A DNA stretch of 64,000 bases from Octopus vulgaris (Eukaryota): positions 40,672,001-40,736,000 of the forward strand of contig OX597822.1 in the NCBI GenBank assembly GCA_951406725.2, in the 5' to 3' direction. Position 1 is the stretch's first letter. Each line of letters opens with the position of its first letter. Below the pieces are notes generated by a model. That model was given only the letters and a program-made list of their open reading frames with translations. It was not told the origin of the DNA and did not search any database. Shown here piece after piece: positions 1 to 13,250 of the stretch. A program made the translations under genes and the position numbers.

Positions 1-372
1 TATATATATATATATATATACATACATATATACATATATGTAGATATACACATGCACATATGCGTATACATGCACACATCCATGCCTATATACATATACA
101 CACATTACTATAACCGTCATCACGCCTGAAGGTATGCATTATAATAATAGTTATTATTATTAGCTATTTTATAATTCTATTTACTATTATTATTTTTATC
201 ATCACCATCATCATCATCATCATCATCATCATCCATCATTATCATCATCATTATTATTATCATTATTAACATTGTTTGGGTTGTTAATAATTTTATTATG
301 TTCTTTTGTTATTTTTTTTTAATACTGATTTTGTAGTTGTTCTTAATGCTAATGGTATTTGTCTTGTTATAA

Positions 373-419
<47 letters not shown>

Positions 420-619
420 GGTGTGTTTCTTGTAGTATTGTTACCGTTGTTGAGCTTGTAGTTGTTGTTGTTGCTGCTGTTGTTGCGTTCAACAGTTTCC
501 AAGCTGTTTGTTTCCTCTCACCTCTAATAACTGTTATTGAAGGCAAATTATTTCTGTGAACCTAATATAGCCACCTGTCTGTCTGTGTGTCCTCTTCTAT
601 GTCTCTCCTCCCCTCATGC

Positions 620-761
<142 letters not shown>

Positions 762-886
762 ATATATGTATATATGTATATATATAAATTTAATCCGAAC
801 AAGAAAACACAAAAAAACACAACAACTCGAGGACGTGGAACAAATATAGTATTATTGGACGCTCAGGAAAGAAGGGAAGAAAGAGA

Positions 887-921
887 GTTTAACGTTTCGA
901 GCGGAGCTCTTCGTCGGAAAC
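887..921 (-). ncRNA. Minimal hammerhead-ribozyme-like motif (U4C core variant) in a probable Penelope-like terminal-repeat remnant (~790-990)
   Basis: Minus strand reads GTTT-CCGACGA-A-GAGC-TCC-GCTC-GAAAC-GTT-AAAC: 4-bp stem I (GTTT/AAAC), 4-bp stem II, GAAA, loopless stem III and a GUU triplet. Confidence 0.65.
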
Positions 922-1379
922 ATAGGAGAAGGAAAGATCCCGTGCAGGGAAGACATAGGAAAAAAATCGCCATCGGTATACATGAGGTCACGTATGCACA
1001 CACGTGTGTGTATGTGTCTTTGTATGTATAAATCTATAATTATATACATATATATAATGTACGTGTATCTAATTGTGTATGATTGAATGTATGCATATAT
1101 TTATGTTTGCATGTATAGGTATGCCGGTGTATGTGTGTTGGAGCAGGACCTGTTTTTCTGTCTGTGCCTGTGTATGTGTGTATGTGTAAACGGATCGATG
1201 GATGACTATGCCAATGTGTATTTTCCTATTGATCTCTATATAGTTGTATTTGATTAGTTCTTCTTATTTCTGTATATCTGTCTGTCTTTCAGTCTGTCTG
1301 TCTCTCCCTCTCTCCTCTCGCAAGCTCGCTCGCGCTCTCTCGGACTCGTTATAAATATACATACATATAAAGATGCATA

Positions 1380-1805
1380 CAGTAACTATGTCCAGATTAC
1401 AAATTCAGGTTTGTACCTGTAATAATTGGGGCCCTGGGATATGTAACACACTGCCTGAATACCAGTCTTGAGAAATTAGGCTTCTCAAAACCAGAAAGGA
1501 GAAAGCTAATTCGACGACTTCAAATTCAATCCATCACTGGAACTGTAAAAACCTGTAAAACTTTCCAGAAGTTTCTCATTAAAATATATATGAACATGTC
1601 TAGATATGCAACTATATGCAGAATACATACATAAAACAAAACATACAAATCTGCACATACATACATACATACATACATACATACATACATACATACAAAA
1701 ATACCCTGTTGTTGATATTGAAATTCCAATGAAGGAGCCTGGGATCAAGGTTAGAGATCGGCTCTTTCTCTATTAGCAAGAAATCTTGAAATAAAACTGA
1801 ACAAT
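1380..1805 (+). mobile_element. 3' end of an RLE-type non-LTR retrotransposon (R4/Dong- or NeSL-like): ORF C-terminus plus 3' UTR
   Basis: Hand translation from ~1392 gives PDYKFRFVPVIIGALGYVTHCLNTSLEKLGFSKPERRKLIRRLQIQSITGTVKTCKTF. The PVIIGALG motif is typical of the end of restriction-like endonuclease domains. Confidence 0.7.
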
Positions 1806-1859
1806 CACACACATATATATGTGTATGTGTATGCATATATATATGTGTATATGCATATA

Positions 1860-1893
<34 letters not shown>

Positions 1894-1894
1894 A

Positions 1895-2205
1895 TACAAA
1901 ATGGGACAAGAACGCAAAACATCCTGACAGTTAGGTGATACAAAAAGGGGACAACAAAACATCCAGATAGACGATACAAAGAAAAGAAGGACGGGTCATT
2001 CGGAGTTTTCTTTCCTCAGTCGAGTTCCAGATTATCTTTGCAATTCTGGCTGGTTATACTCGAGATTGATATAATCTGGCCAGCCCCAAAGAAAAACTAA
2101 GCTAAGAGCATTATATTCCTTGGAAGAAAGCGGCGAATGTATACAAAAACAAGGACGGAAAAAGACGGAGAATGTTACACAAATACAAATAACAGGACCT
2201 AACAA
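1895..2205. repeat. Dispersed repeat in (TA)n, related to 32250-32675 and (opposite strand) 41700-41830; possibly Penelope terminal-repeat derived
   Basis: Shared blocks such as ggacaagaacg, agacgatac, cattcg...tcagtc, agattatc/ggatcatc, cagccc...gaaaactaagc and agcatta...ttcc...ggaagaa. All copies abut (TA)n. Confidence 0.6.
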
Positions 2206-2252
2206 TATATATATATACACACACATTCTTCTATTGTTATATACTATCTTTA

Positions 2253-2655
2253 TCTTCTACTTGTTTCAGTGTTTGTAATGCAGCCATGCCGGATCACCGC
2301 CTTGGAGCACTTTGATTGAACGAATCCAGCCCAGTACTCTTCTATCGGTCTGTTTTACCAAACAGGTAAGTTACGGAGGTGTCAACAAACGAACACCGGT
2401 TGACAAGCGGTGTTGGTGGACAAATAGAAACCCAAACACATACACACACGCATACACACATACACATACATACAGATGCACGCAGGCAAGTACGCGTACT
2501 GATATATGACGGGCTTCTTTCAGTTTCCGATTACGAAATCCGCTCACACGGCTTTGGTGGGCCCGAGGCTATAGTAGAAGACACTTACCAATGGTGCCGC
2601 GCAGTAGAACTGAACCCGAAACTATGTGATTGGAAGACAAACTTCTCACTCCACT
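2253..2655 (-). mobile_element. tRNA-derived CORE-type SINE (family A), diverged copy
   Basis: Reverse complement matches the full copy at 41842-42248 (head, aagtgtcttctactatagcctcgggc, internal microsatellite, ctgaaacaagta tail). Confidence 0.85.
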
Positions 2656-2762
2656 TGCATGCTTGCATGCATGCTCTGGTGTGTAAGTTTGCTTTTAGAA
2701 ACGTCCCCATAACTTAGCGGTTCGACTTAAGAACCGATAGAACTCAATGTCCTGATGTTTAC

Positions 2763-3140
2763 AGGCGTACCTGTGTGGTAAGAAGCTTATGTCCCCACCA
2801 CAAGGTTCCGGGTTCAGTCCCACTGTGTGGCACCGTGGGCAAATGTCTTCTACTATAGCCTCGGGTCGACCAAAGCCTTGTGAGTGGATTTGGTAAACGG
2901 AAACTGAAAAGAAGCCCGTCGTATACATATGCATGTATATATTTATGTGTTTATCTTTGTGTCTGTGTTTGTTCCCCCTCCCATACAATCATCACTTGAC
3001 AACCGATGTTTGTATGTTTACATCCCTATGATAACTTAGCGATAGACATCCATAGAATAAGTACCTGAGGTCGATTTCTTCGACTAAAAGGCGGTGCACC
3101 AGCATGGCCGCAGTCAAATGACTGAAACAAGTAAAAGAAC
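2763..3140 (+). mobile_element. SINE family A
   Basis: ctgtgtggtaag A-box-like, ggttcagtccc B-box-like, CORE-like gtggcaccgtgggcaaatgtctt, tail gcagtcaaatgactgaaacaagtaaaag. Confidence 0.9.
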
Positions 3141-3560
3141 GTATTTATTTCTTCATTGCCTACTGGGGGCTAAACATAGAGAGGACAAACAAGAAGAGAC
3201 AAAGGGATTAAGTCAATTACATCGACCCCATTACATAACTGGCAGCTATTCAATCGAACCCGAAAGGATGTAAGGCAAAGTCGACCTCGGCGGAATTTGA
3301 ACTCAGTACGTAAAGACAGACGAAATACCTATTTCTTTACTACCCACAAGGGGCTAAACACAGATGGGACAAACAAGGACAGACAAACGGATTAAGTCGA
3401 TTATATCGATCCCAGTGCGTAACTGGTGCTTATTTAATCGACTCCGAAAGGATGAAAGGCACAGTTGACCTGGACGGAGTTTGAACTCAGAACGTAACGG
3501 CAGACGAAATACCACTAAGCATTTCGCCCGGCGTGCTAACGATTCTGCCAGTTTGCCGCC
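3141..3560 (-). mobile_element. SINE family B (Meta-domain-like core): one full copy plus a tandem 3' partial copy, with Tx1-like tail
   Basis: Minus strand head ggcggcaaactggcagaatcgttagc...gagttcaaa; core gtcgactttgcct...catcctttcgg. The 3' portion occurs twice (3141-3328, 3329-~3510). Confidence 0.85.
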
Positions 3561-3720
3561 CTAATAAAAGAGCATTAAACTGTACAAGGCCCTAGAGATT
3601 CGTAGTTTCCTGACAATGCACTTGTGTGTGTGTGTGTATGTGTATGTGTGTGTCAGTCACTTGAATGTGGCCATACTGGAGCACCGTCTTTAGTCGAGCA
3701 AATTGACCACAGGATTTATA

Positions 3721-3781
<61 letters not shown>

Positions 3782-4774
3782 ACACACATACACACACATA
3801 TGTGTATGTGTGTATTTGTGTGGGAATGTATATATATACACACACTCAGTGTGAGAGATATATATGTAGTCTGCGTGAGTGAGAGAGTGTGTGATAAACA
3901 TACATACAAAGAGAGAGAAAAGAGTAGAAGACAGACGCACAAATAGACAGATACAGAGAGGTAGACACAGGTATATGACGCCATACACATACACATATAC
4001 ACACTTATATGTATACACAAACGAACACACACACACACACATATTCAGGTAATCATACTCAGGTTTAAGATGGCGACTTCTGAACAGATTCAATTCTAGT
4101 AGTGATCTGGAACTTGAGTTATTTCTTATAGCAAATTATATTCTTTGATTGCCAATAACCAAAACTCTTTTCCTTGAGACACAGATTTCGAAAATCAAAT
4201 TCTTTTTCCTCTAGAATGCACCGCTTCGGAGCCTTTCAGTGACATACGCATATACATACACATAAACTCTACATGCAGATATACATATACATACATACAT
4301 ACATACATACATACATACATACATACATACATACATACATACATACATACATACATACATACATACATACATGCAAATATACAAACCCTTGAACTCATAA
4401 CACATATGTACATATGCATATACAATCACACACCTATATAAACACAGAGGTTTGCTTAAACCGTAGATTTTGGTCAATATTTGAAACTTGTCAGACACAG
4501 GGGTGGAGAGAAAACAACACGAGTTTCGGGTGGAGTGACCTGGGGAATAGGGTATTACGTTGGAAGTGCGTACTTATACATACAGGATATGTGCACGCAG
4601 TAGCGAACACATATACTACGTACGTAACACATGCGCATTAACTATCACACGCGGGCACACACATTCCTTATGTAGAAGAATTTATGAGCATGTGTATACA
4701 TTTGTACAAATATTTGTGAGCCTGGATACATACATACACACACATACACACACACATATATATATATATCCATA

Positions 4775-4812
<38 letters not shown>

Positions 4813-4993
4813 TGTATATATACATACATATATACGGATACACATACATTCATATATATATATATACACACATATATGTCAGTGTGTATGCGTATATTAT
4901 ATACACACAAGCTCACATTTATTTATGTGCAAGAAAATGTGTGCTCGTGCACTAATGTATGTGCACGTATGTTAGTAAGCGTGTGTGTGTGTG

Positions 4994-5073
<80 letters not shown>

Positions 5074-5424
5074 TAAGTAATGGAAAACTGACATGTTAAC
5101 CTTCAGAGTTCAGTGTTTGAGATTAGAGCGCCGTCTAGTGAAACTATACAGAAACAGTCTGAAGTGCTGGATCAAACACACTGACAACGTCACCTTGTTG
5201 TTTGGTGGCTGTGGTTATTGTTATTGTTGTTGTTGTTGTGGTTGTTGTTGTTGGTGGTGGTGGTTGTGGTTGTAGTTGTAATGTTGGTGAAGTTGTTGTT
5301 GTTGTTACATCTTACTGAACTTTCTTCAAGTAGTAACTTTGTGACATTTAACACACGCGCGCGCATTCTCACACGAGCATACACGCCCATACACATGCAC
5401 CCTTTCTTATTGTGTGTGCGTGTG

Positions 5425-5461
<37 letters not shown>

Positions 5462-5732
5462 GTGTTTGTGTGTGTGTTACTCTTTCCTTCTATCTATCTC
5501 TGTCTTACCTACAACTATCGATGATGATGTTGATGATGATAATGATGATGATGATGAAGATGACGATCATGTTGATGATGATGATGATGATGATAATGAC
5601 GATGACGATGAAGACGATGATGATGATGATGAAGAGGAGGAGGAGGATGACATCGACGACAACGAAGGGAGAGAGAGTGAGAGAGTGAGAGAGAGAGAAA
5701 GAGAGAGAGAGACAGAGACAGAGATTTATATA

Positions 5733-5783
<51 letters not shown>

Positions 5784-5847
5784 TATACATGCATATATAT
5801 GTATATCTTTATATAAATGTACATTTAAATATACATATATGCATATA

Positions 5848-5909
<62 letters not shown>

Positions 5910-5984
5910 TATATATGCATATATACATATATGTATGTATGTTTGCATGTATATATGTGTGTATGTGTGTGTGTGTGTGTGTGT

Positions 5985-6250
5985 ATTCTTAGACCCCATT
6001 GTGTCATGAATGACCATGGGATTGCACCTTGAAAGTTACCCTCCAAGACTCAAGTCCGGCAAGGTTGTTTTATAGAAGACCAGCAGTCACCCATGCATAC
6101 TGGCCTCCCCTCTCCATGCCACCAGTGTTATCCAACGGAAAGGCAACAGCCGATACAGTTTGGCACCAGTGACGTAGCAACTCATTTCTACAGCTGAATG
6201 AACTGGAGCTACGTGAAGCAAAGTGTCTTGCTTAAGAACACAATACAATA
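5985..6250 (-). mobile_element. Headless CORE-like SINE fragment with RTE-like 3' tail
   Basis: Minus strand ttgtgttcttaagcaagacactttgcttcacgtagctccagttcattcagctg matches the core of the SINE at 17292-17621, but the 3' half differs. Confidence 0.65.
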
Positions 6251-6369
6251 TGTGGTACTCCAGCAGGACCACAGCGGCATGACTGAAACGTGTAAGAGAA
6301 TAAAAAAATATCTGTGTGTTTGTATGTGTACGTATGTGTGTAGGTAGGTAGATAGATAGATACATAGAT

Positions 6370-6498
<129 letters not shown>

Positions 6499-6509
6499 AT
6501 AGATAGACC

Positions 6510-8870
6510 GTGTCTTCACGTAGCTGAGGACCATATTCGTATATTCCAACATGCAATGATGAATAGGATAGGATGCTGTGTGACACTCAGGTCATACTGA
6601 TTTCACATTCCCCGCTGTCCACTGTATAACTCCATAGAGAATTGCAGTGGCCATAGTGTGAAATGCATTCAGTGAACTCGAATGCGGTGAACTCGATCAG
6701 AGTGGGACATTGTTGTCCCTCTTCATCTTTTACTGGAGGTGTACATCCCAGCCCCGTGTTTGCGTCAAGGAAAATCTATGAACATTACAGATCTGTTTGT
6801 GTGTACATATTCTTTACCGGTCTCTGACTTGAAGGTGAGATACTGTGTACTTAAAATGTTGCAATAATGCTTTTCTGTGTTACATTGTCTGTGTGTTTGG
6901 GAGTACTTTCTTTTCCTGTAGTGCCATGGGCATTGACAGTTGAAACCTATTCGATTAATAAAGTGTTCCTCGCATATTCACATAATTTATAGTGTTTTGT
7001 AGGTTTGTTTCGTTGAATAGGTGTTCGATGGGTGCGGTCTATATACAACCTGTTATGATGCCAATGATATACAGATGTCAATTCTGTGGTGACCTCATTT
7101 GTCATCCTATCTACTGAAAGTCCTCTGGTGGCAGAAGAGTAATGACCTGCACAGACCTAACCAGTTAAGAGTGCACAGTATGCTTCAAATCATGAAGATC
7201 TACAATAGGACTGAATAGTCATCTGAAAGGTCATGGATGGAAAGTTAGAAATGCCATTGACAACGAGAGTGAACAAAAAAACTGAAATCATCTGTGAAGA
7301 TGGAATAATCACCATGATGCCAAATGAGCTGTTTTCTGTGCTATTAAAGCAAGATTGAAGGCGCAGCAGGACTATGATAATCCCTAGCATTGTTTTTATG
7401 TAATTGTTGTTATTTTAAATTTCTTGACCACCTTCAAAGTACGGCGTGATTGTTATGGAGGTGTTCTACGTAATATATTTTGTAATATTTTTGGATTCTG
7501 CCTGTGTGTGATATGTCTGTGTAGTCGTGTATGGTGATTGCTTTCAAATGAGGATCTCTGATGTTAAAGGTAAGAAAGGAGACATCGGATTTTGTAGGTT
7601 CTACTTTAAATCTATTGTTTTAGTGGTTTGAGTCTATGACTGTGATGTCATCTGAACATGAGGCTCAGCAAACTCTGTAGATACAGGGTGAAGAGAGTGA
7701 GTATGTGGACGGGGTTTTATGGCATTTCAATAGGGAAACTAACTTTTGAAGGTTTTGTTCACTTCATATACTTGGAGACTACTTGATAGGTAGTTTGCAA
7801 GCCAGTGTTGTTGTTTCTAAAGGCAGTATTGAGCATATAGCTGTGATTACATTTAAGAAGTGGAAGTGTGGGTTTGTGATATTTATGATTACTCCGCCTA
7901 GAAGATTCTTGGCAGATGCATAAGAAGTTGATGGTTGTGTGTGTTGTTATTTCATCTGAGTTTTTGTTGGAGCTTAGAACTGTAGTGGTTTTCTTAGTCT
8001 TCCAGATTCAGTTTTAGTACTGGCAGTTTTAGGAGTGGATCACTACGTGATTCTTTAAGGTCTTAAGTATTTTAAGTGTATCGTAGCGATACTGGTGCTT
8101 TTGAATCATTAGATTTACCCATTGATTTTCTAGTGAACGATAGAAGAAAGTAACAAGAATTGTGGTCTGGATGCATGATGTGTATCTTCCAGTTTATGTT
8201 TGTGTCTTCTTTCCGTGGTTTTCATAGTTGAGTTTCGAGAAATAACTGTTGATGGTGTTTATTTGGCGCTTTTGGTGCTACATTGCGGAATTACTATTTG
8301 AAATTTTTATTATGACATTTGATAATGTATGACCTTTAGTGATGCCGCTAATTGATGTTTGTTTTGTGGTTTATGTTGGATGTATACTTTAATGTATGTT
8401 ATTAGACCACTTCTGTGATAAACGGATCTGTCTAGTTAGATCTGATTGCAATTTGGGACGTTTAGTGTTTTTTATTGAGGAAGTAAGAATGTTTCTTGAA
8501 ATATTCTTATCTAAATATGTGTGAAGATATCTTTTACTTCCATAAAGCTGATTTTTGTGCTATTTAGTGAAGTATGATTTTTATTTTAATTCCTGGAGTT
8601 AAATTTGAAATGTGCAACTTCAATATATTTTGTGCGGATATGCGAGGTTTGTAAAGCAAATAACAATGTTACTTTATCGATGCTGCTGTTGTTCGTTAGA
8701 ACTGATATTTTCCTGTAAATCCATTTGTACTTTGAGTTATTTGTAAATGATATACTTTGATGGTGTTTATGTGAGTATTTTGTAGACTTTGTCAGAAACC
8801 TTCGCAGGGATTTGCGATCCCACTTCGTGTATATTACTGGTTACTTATCGACCGTTGACGGTGTTCACAT
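6510..8870 (-). mobile_element. Highly decayed retroelement relic, possibly Penelope-like
   Basis: A 2.3-kb microsatellite-free block with strand skew. Only weak motif echoes on minus (HKYHKPTLP ~7860-7887, resembling PKIHKP; VSFLTFNI ~7560-7585). No intact ORF. Confidence 0.3.
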
Positions 8871-9592
8871 TTGCTATGAGAAATATATCTATATACGAAA
8901 AAAGAAAAAACAAAACAATCATACCAACACCATTCCACCAATGGCCATCATGTATTGTTTCTCACATAAGTAGTTTTAGCTTATCCTCTAAACATTTCTG
9001 TAGAAAATAAGCTCGTATTTGAGGGAGATTTAACTGTAATTTCTCACAGATCGAATGACTACATACAAGCTTCTTTGTTGACTCATTTGTTCTTAGTGTC
9101 GTTTGGTGGCGGTGGCAGAGGAGTAGTTTCATTCTTGGTAGGTGGTAGCAAATGTACGGAGGTGTGGAGTTTGAAGGTTCGGTTGTTTATAACAGTGTTG
9201 TTTGCAGTCGTAGTGGTGGTGGTGGTGGTTCTCTGGCTTCGTGGATTAACGTAACACATTAGAAGTGGCGGTGGTGGTGGTGGTGGTAGTGGGGTTTGTG
9301 CCTTGACATAAAGTAGTAAGGGTGGTAGAGGTGATGGTTCGTGCCTGACTGTTTTCTACAACATTCCAAGGGAAAAAAATCTTTTTCTCAGTTGGAGATG
9401 TTTTTTAATAAAGTTCTTTTTGTTTTATTTATATTTTCAATAAATCTTTTTTTTACTTTTTCTTTTTCTCCATTTCGCTATTTTTCTTATTTTTTTACAT
9501 TTTGTTTTCTTTACTTTCTCTTCATATCACCTCCTATATCTCCCTCCCTTCTTCTCTCTCTTCACTCTCACTCTCTCAACCTCTCCCTCTCT

Positions 9593-9652
<60 letters not shown>

Positions 9653-9932
9653 TCTTGCTCCGTTTTCTTATAGTTTTCTGCGTTTTTTTCCGTTTTTAAC
9701 ACTTGTTTCCACTTCTCATTCTCTCAAACTTTCTTACTACCTCCCACCCACCTCATTTCACATGGTATCCCTTAACTCTTACGCTCATTTTTCTTTCATT
9801 CTTTTCGTCCTCCCTTTCCTTATCAACCAATCTCTCTCTCTCTCACTTTCTCTCTATTTATCTATCAATCTATCTATGTATATATGTATGTATGTATATG
9901 TATGTATATGTATGTATATGTATATATATATG

Positions 9933-9966
<34 letters not shown>

Positions 9967-10032
9967 TAGATATAGATAGATAGATATGTACATATATATG
10001 TGTATATGTGTATATTATATATATATATATAT

Positions 10033-10066
<34 letters not shown>

Positions 10067-10074
10067 TATATATG

Positions 10075-10121
<47 letters not shown>

Positions 10122-10157
10122 ATGTATGTATCCATCTATTTGACTATCTGTCTTTCA

Positions 10158-10229
<72 letters not shown>

Positions 10230-11013
10230 ATCTATCTTTCTATCGATCGTTCGATCGATCTATCTATCTATCTTTCTCTTAACTTTCAGATTTTTTTTCG
10301 TTCATAATCTTCCTCTGCTTATAGAGAGCTCGACATCGAATGGCGCGTAAACAACGTAAAGGCGGCATTTATTCCATCCCTTTGAAGTCTTTCATAACGT
10401 GGAAAAGCTGTGAGCATGTGTGTGAGTTTGTATATGTTAATTATATGAATGTGCATGTTTGTGTGCGTTTTGGTGTCTGAGTGTGTGTGTGTTTTTCTAT
10501 GTGTGTGTATGTGAGTATTTTCTATGTGTCTTTATTCTACGTGTTTTTTCTATACGAGTGTGTGTATGTGTTTATTTGTATATACACGTGTGTTTATATA
10601 TGTGTGCCTGCTGTTTACATTTTCTGTTTACATGTGTATGTGTGTGTATGAGTGTGTGTATGTATGTGTGTGTGCATCACTGTACCACATTCTGTACTTT
10701 GGTGTACATGTATTTGTATGTATGTATGTATGTATGTATGTATGTATGTATGTATGTATGTATGTATGTATGTATGTATGTATGTGTACTTTTATATATG
10801 TCTATTTCTATATATATGCGTCTATGAATTATATGTATGTATCTATGTGTATGCGTATGTATGTAACGAATGACTGCATATGTGTGTATGTATGTGTATT
10901 TATGTATGTGTATGTATATATATATATATATATTCGATGGATGTTTTTTTTATTACAGCGTACTTGCATTTTAGCTCATAAACACGTGTGTGCGCGAGAT
11001 AGTGTATGTATTT

Positions 11014-11073
<60 letters not shown>

Positions 11074-11236
11074 GTGTGTGTACGTGTGTATGTGTGTGTA
11101 AGAGCTTCTGTGTGTACGAGGGTATATATGTGTTAATGTACGAACGTTGTTTATGAATTTTGCTCGATACATCCGTATGTGAATATTCATATATTTGCGT
11201 ACTTGCATGCGCACATATATGCAATTGTCATGCAGC

Positions 11237-11271
<35 letters not shown>

Positions 11272-11385
11272 CATATTAGGATACGTGTATGCATGTATGC
11301 GCGCTTCCATGCATTTCTGTATATCTTCATAACTTTATAGTTATATATATATATAGGCATATATATATAAATGTATATATACGTA

Positions 11386-11417
<32 letters not shown>

Positions 11418-11438
11418 CATACGTATATATATATATAC

Positions 11439-11521
<83 letters not shown>

Positions 11522-11569
11522 TGTATATATGTATATATACACAGATATATCAATCTAACTATCTATCTA

Positions 11570-11670
<101 letters not shown>

Positions 11671-11813
11671 CCATATGTTTGTTATTGTGCGCAGGTTTGG
11701 ATACATATGTCAGCGTAATCGTGTATGGCTATACGTTTATGTGTATAAGGACGACAGAGATAAATTTGATGAAGCCAATGTGTATTGCTATGTGTGTGTG
11801 TATGTCTCTCTCT

Positions 11814-11924
<111 letters not shown>

Positions 11925-12137
11925 ATTATATATATATATGTAAGTATGTGTGTGTATACACATGTGCATATATACATGTATACACATATATCTATAAATA
12001 TATCTATATACACATAATATATGTTATATAGAATTTATATGATATATATATATATATTTATATATATATATAAATACACATATACATACATACATACATA
12101 TATGCGTGTGGGTGTGTGCGTTGTGTGTGTGTATGTG

Positions 12138-12190
<53 letters not shown>

Positions 12191-12735
12191 ATACACGTGT
12201 GTGTGCGTTACACATTATCTTTCAGAAAAGATAATTGAAAAATACTTCAATATATTTATAATAATAGAAATGGGATGAAACAACAACAATAACATCAACA
12301 ACAACAGACAGAACAATGCAAACAGACTGTGAAATGTGTATAGTAATGCATGAGTGGTGTGATTGGGCAGTTTTGGTGCATACATGTGAATGCAACTGCA
12401 CATGAGCGATGGTGGTGTTAGTTACGCTGCAGATCATGGTGGTGGTGGTGGTGGTGGTGGTGGTGGTGGTGCAGCTGGTTGTGGTTGTTTTAATTGTGCA
12501 AGTAGTTGTGAAAATGGTAGTGGCGGTGGTGGTGTTGGTGATGGTGCTGGTGGGTAGAGGGTGGTGTGGGATTAGTGGTAATTGTGGCGGTACTAGTGGT
12601 GAAGTGGTGTGGGCGGTTAAAGACAGCAGCGCCACCACAGGCGTTTAATTTATGACGAAGTCTTTCGGCCGTAACAGTTTTTCAGGCGCCATCTATGAAT
12701 ATACACACATTCTCACATATGGTCAAATACATAAT

Positions 12736-12766
<31 letters not shown>

Positions 12767-12974
12767 ATGCGTGTGTGCATGTGCGCGTATGTGTGTATAC
12801 GTATATATATGCGTGTGTATGTGTGTGTGTATGTGTCTGTGTATACATATATATATACGTATATATATATATATGTATATACATATTACATATATATTTT
12901 TATACACGCACCTGCACATGTATATATACATCCATATATATAATACACGTATCCATATATATATACACGCACAC

Positions 12975-13049
<75 letters not shown>

Positions 13050-13250
13050 AATAGAGAGAGGGAGGAGAGGTGCAGTTGTGGTTGTGTGGTAAGAAGCTTG
13101 CTTCCCAACCACAGTTCCGGGTTCGGTTCCACTGCATGGTACCTTGGGCAAGTGTCTTCTGGTCGAGCCGACGAAAGCCTTATGAATGGGTTAGACTGAC
13201 GAAAACTGAAAGACACCCGTTGCATATATATATATATATATATATATATA

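Noticed and set aside
8790-8835. Hairpin gggat...atccc as a hammerhead stem II at the end of the 6510-8870 relic
   Set aside because: The flanking core and GAAA boxes are too degenerate to call.
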